Assembly: GCA_905178155.1 (NCBI GenBank)
Contig: CAJINV010000002.1
Location: 4,831,709-4,895,708, forward strand
Direction of reading: 5' to 3'
Length of the DNA stretch: 64,000 nt
Source: Amoebophrya sp. A120
Lineage: Eukaryota; Protista; Dinoflagellata
A program made the position numbers and the translations under genes. The notes under the pieces are model-generated. The model worked only from the letters and a program-made list of their open reading frames with translations. It was not told the DNA's origin and did no database searches. How positions within the stretch are numbered: the first letter of the stretch is position 1; each line of letters begins with the position of its first letter. Positions 56,782 to 64,000 of the stretch are shown here, one piece after another.

Positions 56782-57179
56782 GGGAAGATGCGGTTCCCAG
56801 GTACCTCGTCAGCATATAAAATTCGCGACAAAAAACTTGTGGCGCGTGTAGTCGCTCAAGTCGTAATAAATAAAAGAACTATTTGCGCGTGAATACACAA
56901 AAAGAATGGTGGAAGAGGCCGCCAATTCGAGTAAAGTGCCACACTACAATCTAAAAGTTGTGCCGACGAGGGTCTACAAATCGAAAAAAGCGCTATGCGC
57001 CACGCCTGGAGAGGTAGATATGACACTACAGCCCAAGAACAACGCGGGGTGTGAGAGATGCGGTCTCACCTACAGCTAGTGGCAAATGCACGGCTTTCGC
57101 GAAGATGCGGTTCGTTACCGGCCGAGGAAACATAAATCATACAAGAGTCAGAATGTCCACTGAAGATGCGGTTCAGTGG
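56782..57179. repeat. Four hairpins with identical GATGCGG loop and different stems
   Basis: Hairpins at 56782-56798, 57051-57069, 57100-57114 and 57157-57179. Confidence 0.75.
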
Positions 57180-58115
57180 GCTGCATACAAAACGGCGAGA
57201 ACTGCTGCATGAGGGCAGGGACAAATGTTATTGCGATTTTCGAATTAAGCCTTGATCTGTATCGAGCTCAATCATCCAATCATCACGCGCTCGGAGAATA
57301 AACATCGGCTGCTGGATCCGTCGGAGGCGAAGAGCCGCGTTTGTGATGCATTTCCATCTACATACAGAACACGACACGACACACCGGCGAGGGGCAGAGG
57401 CCCTTAAGCCTTGCCATGGGCTGCGCGCTCACCGCAGAGATTCCCTGCCCTTGCACGGCCAGCACATGTGGAGCAAGACTAAAAGACGCCCCGACAATCG
57501 AAGCAGTCACAGACCACGGCCGCCCATGCGGGCCCAATCGATTCGGGCTGGCTGTGCGCGCTCGCTGACTGCCTAAAAAAATAAAAAGTTTAAAGCCCCA
57601 AAAAACAGCCTTTTTTTTTCGCGTGTTCTGGTGGTACAAAATTTTTGTAGAGATGGCAAGATTTTTCTCCCCTAACGAATGTCTCGTGGGATTCGTCCGC
57701 GAAAAAAAACAATTTTTATCGAGGAACTCCGAGTCGGCCGAGAACACCCTTCGACGATTTTGCTTCTCTTGCGGCACTAATCGTCTAAATTCTTGTGTAA
57801 ACGTTGTAGCATGCTCCTGCATTCCAAATTCTCAACAAGTTCGAGTAAACTACGCTAATATCAAAGTTGGCTCCGCATCAAAACTAAAGGCATGAGGAGC
57901 GTGTATCTATTCTGCTCCTGTTATGTATGTACTAAACTGCAGTTGGCGCCAGCTGCGCAAGAAAGAGCGTGCCAATATCTTGCTAATTTCTTGGATTATA
58001 TACATGATCATGATGTTGCAACACAGAAATATACATGTGCTCAGGTGTGTAGACGTTTACGTTACCAAACAAATTTTACTGAAAAATATGACGAAAAACT
58101 TGCAGAATTTTTATT

Positions 58116-59298
58116 TTAAGAACTGCCTTGGTTTTCGTAGATTGTCAAGTCTAGCAACATCGCTGCCGCTGCCAGCATGGCTTTTTCTTCGTACTTCGCT
58201 CCCTCCGCGGGTTCCACGTGAAAATTCTGCAGTGCGAGAAAAGCCTCCTTCAGCATTCCCTTCGAGCACGCATCTCGACTTTCCTTGGTGATTTTTCCCC
58301 CCGAATTCGCAAAATTCTTCGAGGAATCCAGGTCCTGCACATCGAACGTCGCCTCGCAACAGGGAAAGAAATTTCCGCACTGGCACACTCATCCTGCGCA
58401 AAAGTTAAAGTTGTGCTGTGTGCTGGTCCGGAACAATGAATTATACCAGTATTTGCGAAGAGTAAGAAGTTCTGTCGTCCAAGATGTAAACATCAAATGC
58501 AAATCAACGGCACGTGTTGCAAACCCATGCTTACTAAATCATCCGTCACCAAGAAACTTCAACTACTGCGTGCAACATTCCTGGTGACTAGCTGTACTAC
58601 ATGTACATCACAACGACTTTATTTGCGAGATTGCGTAGAAAGGATCCAACCATCTCGAATTTCGGTTCCGTGGTACTGTACTGGTCTACGTAGATGGTTT
58701 GCCGCACCTTGCAGCAGGCCGCGTGGTTCTGGATGTGGCCGATGGGGGCAAAACCTTTATCTTTTTCGGCGAAGTTCGTGTTTATGTCCTCGCTCAGCTT
58801 CACGAACAGCTTCGGTTGCCCGCATTTCGTACATTCCTCGCCGCAGCAGCAACAGCAGCACACGCACGCACAGTCCTTCGACATTTCCATCACTTTCACG
58901 TCGGTTGCCGGCTCCCGACGGTTGACCGCCTCGTTTTGGTCCGAGCCGAAAAAGTACCCGTGCATGGTCAACGCGCGACAGGGCCCGCAAAAGACCTTTT
59001 GGCAGCACGTACTTTCTTCGGTCAGGTAGATTTTGCGGAGCGGTTTCTTGCCGGTTTTAGTGCGCGGTAGGAGCAAAAACCGGTTCCCGCACTCGCAGCC
59101 GCAGCACAGCTCCAAGCAATCCCGACGCATTAGCTCCTGGCGCAACACAAAGTCGCTCCCCAGCGGATCCCCGCCCGCGTCCATCTCCATCGATTTTTGC
59201 GCGGGCGGATTTGATGTAGACCCGTAGTTTGCTGACCCCTCCGCACGCCCGCGGGGGCGCCGGAGTGGCTGCCGAGATTGATTTTTACCGGAAGACAT
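58116..59298 (-). CDS. Phospholipid scramblase-like protein (paralog 1, 2 exons)
   Basis: ELCCGCECGNRF, EEST.CQKVFCGPCR, Cys-rich tract, IGHI, C-terminal KAMLAAAAMLLDLTIYE. Confidence 0.82.
58395..58642. other. Non-canonical intron with degenerate inverted ends
   Basis: Flanks CATCC/GATCC. Position fixed by alignment with the paralog, exact register uncertain. Confidence 0.55.
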
Positions 59299-59961
59299 GA
59301 TGTCTGTTTCAAATGGTGGAACTTGCGACCATCTATCTTCAAATAAATCCGAAAAACCATTTGCAAAAAAAACACATTGTCAGTGCAGTCTGCTTATCCT
59401 GGCAGGAGTCAAGCCTTTACGGCGAAAACGAAATGGTCGTGCTGAAGTTCTACTTCAATCTCTAGCACGACTTACTACTACCTCCCCTGAAATTCAACGC
59501 CGCGGCGATCAGACACCGGTAGTTGAGAGTCAAATCAAAAGAAAGCCAAAACGACGTTCACCCACGGGCACCACGAGATCATGATGAGAACGATGTATAT
59601 CTATATCGAGTGGATGAGGTTGGACACGAAGATGCTGTACCAGTACTTTCTGGAGCAAGAAGAAGTAGTGGTTTACATCACACCCTTCCCTTTTTCGGTT
59701 CGGGGTGTACGTAGGCTATTCCTCTTTGACTTTCCAGCGCATGATTTTTTTTTCTTTTTGGTACAAGAATTTCGTCGCGAAAACTTTTGTACAGTGGAGT
59801 GGAATTTCCGTGCTTGTCTATCGAAATCGAAAAGGATTCAGGAGTCGTTCGCTACATCGAGTCTGTATCTTTTAGGTACAAAGTATAATCTTTTTATTTT
59901 ATGCTTATCATACATAAATGCTAACTTTGACTTTGAAGCGCGGAGTTTGTACAAAAACACC

Positions 59962-61719
59962 TTAAGCGTCCATGTGTTGGTCGTGCCGGTCTTCGTAGTG
60001 TTGCAGATCGATCATCAGGGCTGCACCCGTATCCAAACAAAAAAACTGTGTCGGTGTACGATCAGCACAGGACTAAAAATTTGTTCCGCATGACATGAAA
60101 AACTTGTTGTCATGCAGGGTTTTTTGCATTTTCCGCAACGAACACGGCTATCAGCGACTTTCTTTCACTAAACACAGTTTTTTTCCTGGTTCCATACGCT
60201 GCGATCAGCGACTTTTCTTCGAAACTGGCCTGATCCGGGGGAGAGACCTTGAAATTCTCCACATCCAGAAACGTCTCCTTCAAACACTGCAAACAAGCGC
60301 CCCCTTTTTTCGTCACGTTTCCAACTTTCCTCGGACCAGCTGTATTCCCGTTATTTCCAGCACGGTCTTTCCGCCTATCCGTAATGTCGTACACCGAGTC
60401 GCCGCACGGACAGCAGAACCCGACCTGCAGATTGTAGCCCTCGATGGTGAAAACGTGTTCCGCATTTGATTCCCCCAGTGCTCCCGCCGCTGCTCCCCTG
60501 CTAGAAGACGAGGTCCTGCCTTGGGTTTGAGAAGGCTGTTGCTGGCCAATACTCGCATTATCCTTGTACAGAAAAAGCTCCTCTTTCAAGCCGCAGCATT
60601 TGAAGTGGTCCTGCACGAATCCGATTGGTTTCGGCCCGGAGAACTTCTCCGCGGTGTACCTGACCTCAAACTTCGGCCGGCAAAAGCTACTGCAGCCGTC
60701 GCAGCAGCAGCACCCGCAGATTTGGCAAACAAAGGGCTTTTGCAACTCCAGAATCTTCTTGTCCGGCCGGTTCACCGACTCCCGGTCGCGGCGGCTTTTG
60801 TACTCGCCGCCGTAAAAGATGTCGAAGGTGAGCCCGCGATACACCCCACAGCAGAGCTTTTGGAAAAGCGAAGAAGTTTCGGTCACGTACCTGGGATTTT
60901 TTTTTTGTTTCCATCATGCATCTTCCAAGTCACAAAATCTTGACGTGTTTCTCATGACGTAGAGCGAGCAGGTAGAACTGTACAAAATGTAAAAAAATTG
61001 CCGCAAAAATACATCTCTGTCAGTGCGTTCTGCTTTGAATCCTTCGGCTTGATGTGGTAACGGTTGCCGCATTTGCAACCGCAGCAAAACTCCACACAAT
61101 CCCGATTCATGACATCCTGCTCTACCGAAAACTCGTGGCCAAACGGATCGCTCGGAAGACCAGCAACAACCGACGTCCCGCGTGTCGTAGCGGATGTTCT
61201 TGTTGGGGCAGGAGGAGCAGATGAATTTGTACTTCCGGGAGGTTGCGCTCCCGCTGCTTCTGCATCTCCCTCATTTTCATCCTCTCCCTCACCGTAGAAA
61301 AACAGTGGGGTCCAGTACTTGTGGGACCCTCGCCCGTTGGTCGGTTGAGTGTAGCTGTTGAGCTCCTGGCTGCAGGGTAATAGTTCCTTCTTTGACGAAA
61401 TAAATGTAGGTTTTCCAGCATCTACTGCATTTGTAGTTCCGCTTCTCGAAGACGAGGAAGAAGGTCCACTTGTGCCGGTACTAATTTGGATTGCTGTTTG
61501 TTCAGGAGATTCAGCTCTTTCCTCTGGGTCAGACGTATCGAAACCTTCGTCCATAAGCGCATGCTGTCGGACTGGATGGACGGGATGCAGCTCCTGGTCC
61601 TCACCGGGCGGGTGGTCGTAGCTCGGGCCAATTGACGTGGTTGTTGTAGCCCCGTAGGTTTGGTGGGTTTGCGGATAGTATCGAGCATTGCGGTTGCTCG
61701 TTGTGCTGGAATTACGCAT
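59962..61719 (-). CDS. Phospholipid scramblase-like protein (paralog 2, 3 exons)
   Basis: EFCCGCKCGNRY, GT-AG intron 60891-61012 (TEM|YVTETS). The last exon AALMIDLQHYE...DA-stop completes the scramblase C-terminal helix. Confidence 0.82.
60030..60196. mobile_element. Introner, family J-like
   Basis: TATCCAAACAAAAAAACTGTGT / ACACAGTTTTTTTCCTGGTTCCATA. DR eroded. Removal of element plus 5 nt gives LIAA|AALMIDL, matching the paralog. Confidence 0.82.
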
Positions 61720-62559
61720 TTTTGATGGAGGATGAGTTAGCTTCTAGTTCTTCGGCTCGGGAAGCTTGTAAGAGGCCGCCGCCGGCAGTACTTAAGACAT
61801 TAGTTACTACAGGGCGTTTCTTCTACACTCTATGTGTAGTAAAAATGATACACGTTTTGACGATGGGGATGAAGTACGAGTACATGAATCATGAACTAGA
61901 CAGACACCACTGAATAAACCGAATCTCCTCATAAGCAGGCCCTAGTACCGAGGGGCTGCAAGACCGAACAACGATCGATCAATTTGTTATGCCGGTCGGG
62001 AGGAAAGGGAGGACATGCGGCATGTCCTCCCACCTTTGTCATGTAGTTACGCCAACCCACGATAAGCACCACGACGATGAAATGCTAGAAATTTGTATTG
62101 AGACCCACGACATGTGATACGAGGACAAGCCTCGGTTTCTTGAAGAAACGAATTCTACGAGCGATGACACTACAGATCGTCTTGCATATGATACTTATTT
62201 TTTCGACTTAGGAATTGAGTTTATAGCACTCGAGCCGATGAAGTGCGTCGAAATAGGAATCACGGCGTCGATACTAAATGGCTGCGGCCAGAACACCAAT
62301 AACGAAGGCACATAACAACCAGAACACCGGCGTTGACATCGCTGTCACTTGTCAAGAACTGCGTGCTCGTTTTCATCTGCGAGAGCAGTCAAGCCGCTTA
62401 GGCTTTATTGCAATACTCGTATTCGTGAACTGCGCAATTGCAAGAGTTAGACTTACCGCTTCGAAATATCAAGGTGGGTCTCAAGTCGTTAAGACCAGCA
62501 AAAAGGACCACCAATGATCTCTGATTTCGAGCTTTAGCAAAACAAGCAGACGCTAGTTT

Positions 62560-64000
62560 TTAGCCCAGCAACATCGCGTCAGAGCTGCTGGAACTGCTCG
62601 CAGTCGGGTGCGTAGCCGATGGCTCTCTGTCGTCCTCGTTACCGGCGTTCCTGCGCACCTCCTCATACCGGGTGAGCAGTTTCACCTGTTCACTTCCAGT
62701 ATGGTCCCACGTCAGGGTGTTGCCGTTCCAGTGAAAATAACCGCCCATGCCCGCTCCGGTTCCGGTCTTGCCATTTGTGGCTAGTACTACTTGGCAACGG
62801 TGGCGCAGGTAGTCCTCCGCCAGCGCAGGCAACCGATGACCCAGTTTACTGGCATCTTCGATCAAGGCTCCGAGAAGGCATATGTAAAAGGATCGAACAG
62901 GGCGGAGCAACACGTCGTGACCAACGACAATAAAGAGTAACAGAATGGTATCTCGGAGTTGGGGGCGGTGGTTGAAGTACGACTGAAGTTCCCGCAGCAT
63001 CTTTTTGCCACTATCTGTTTCCATTAGGCTGTATAAATTAGTTCGCGACATGCGGAAAATTATTTCGCGACAAGCTCTTCCAGCGTAAGCATCTTGTGGT
63101 GAGACATGTTTCAACAGCAAAGCTTCCTCATGCTCATCGTCGTCCGACACCGTTGCTTCAGTACTCGGACTGCTATCGTGAACGTCACGCCACTGGGCTA
63201 CCCTAAAAAATGTTTCTTTTCGCAACCGTAAACGTCCCTTCTCCCAATCGTAAACGAAAATGGAATCCACGGTCATCAGCGGAGGGCGAGCATCCTCCAT
63301 GAGCCTGATTCCCGTAGTGCAATCTTTGAACGTCCTTATCCCGGCAATAATCCACATCTTTCGGCTATCATATTTATCTGCAGCAGTGAGCGGACATTCC
63401 ACATTGTAGACGCGGACGCCATTCACCACCAACGACAGCACCCAACCACTTTCACTTTTGTCGGAATTGCGCAGCCAAACACCCAGCGTTGATCCGACAG
63501 ACATTCCCGTTATTTGCAGCTTCTTGTAAAGATCGATATTGTACATACCATCACAGGTCCACCACATGTCACCATTCTCGGAGTCCCATTCAACACCCCA
63601 CTTGTTGCGTCCCTCATCTGCTCCGTCGTGTAGCGAAGTTAGACACGAGCCGCACGGGGCACGTCCCTCAGCGCTATAAGTAAAGGCCAGGCTGATCTCT
63701 TTCACCGATCGATGTATTTCCGCCACAGGGTCCCCCGTCAGCTCAATCTCAGCATAGTACCCATGGCCATCCGGGTTTTGTGGCCGTTGAGCAGCTACCG
63801 CAACTGCCTGGCGATGTCCCGGCTTGCAAGAAAGGCGACCGCCATCAACTTGAGCGCCGTTTGATTTCTTCCTGTTCGAAAATCCGGCTAATGCACCCAT
63901 CTGTCGGCACGAGGCATCGATCTCTCCCTCTAGGTCGTCTTTTTCGTTTTCCAGAAGCGTGACGCTTTCCTCGAGCTGATCAATCCGTTCGTCTTTCTCT
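62560..64000 (-). CDS. Hypothetical protein, 5' end outside the window; coiled-coil followed by a possible SPRY/NHR-like beta domain
   Basis: The frame of the 446-aa ORF stays open to the window edge (EKDERIDQLEESVTLLENEK). YYAEI..GSTLGVWL..LVVNG is only a weak pattern resemblance. Confidence 0.6.
   Translation of the reverse strand, partial: EKDERIDQLEESVTLLENEKDDLEGEIDASCRQMGALAGFSNRKKSNGAQVDGGRLSCKPGHRQAVAVAAQRPQNPDGHGYYAEIELTGDPVAEIHRSVKEISLAFTYSAEGRAPCGSCLTSLHDGADEGRNKWGVEWDSENGDMWWTCDGMYNIDLYKKLQITGMSVGSTLGVWLRNSDKSESGWVLSLVVNGVRVYNVECPLTAADKYDSRKMWIIAGIRTFKDCTTGIRLMEDARPPLMTVDSIFVYDWEKGRLRLRKETFFRVAQWRDVHDSSPSTEATVSDDDEHEEALLLKHVSPQDAYAGRACREIIFRMSRTNLYSLMETDSGKKMLRELQSYFNHRPQLRDTILLLFIVVGHDVLLRPVRSFYICLLGALIEDASKLGHRLPALAEDYLRHRCQVVLATNGKTGTGAGMGGYFHWNGNTLTWDHTGSEQVKLLTRYEEVRRNAGNEDDREPSATHPTASSSSSSDAMLLG

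Noticed and set aside
1696-60196. Dispersed repeats as a CRISPR array or bacterial REP/IS elements
   Set aside because: The repeats are inverted pairs with TSDs in a eukaryotic intron-exon context, with no regular spacers and no cas or transposase gene.

Overview
Eukaryotic genomic DNA, most likely an alveolate of the syndinian/dinoflagellate lineage (Amoebophrya-like). This is inferred from a CPW-WPC domain gene, all genes lying on one strand, and non-canonical inverted-repeat introns. All host genes are on the minus strand: a giant gene (~41645 to beyond position 1, 27 inferred introns, >7,400 aa), a CPW-WPC protein, a ~2,630-aa WD40 protein, an AlkB-like dioxygenase, two tandem scramblases and a partial gene at the right edge. 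The main signal is about 30 short terminal-inverted-repeat (TIR) elements from roughly ten sequence families, all inside coding sequence. Nearly all start TAT and end ATA, and 21 have a perfect 5-bp direct repeat (DR). In every case I traced, removing the element plus 5 nt restores the reading frame, regardless of element orientation and usually with no GT-AG possible. One of them carries an apparently full-length 10.6-kb APE-RT non-LTR retrotransposon with a 10-bp target-site duplication (TSD). An intergenic array of four hairpins with an identical GATGCGG loop but different stems is also present. All junctions were read by hand from DNA, and no transcript data are available.
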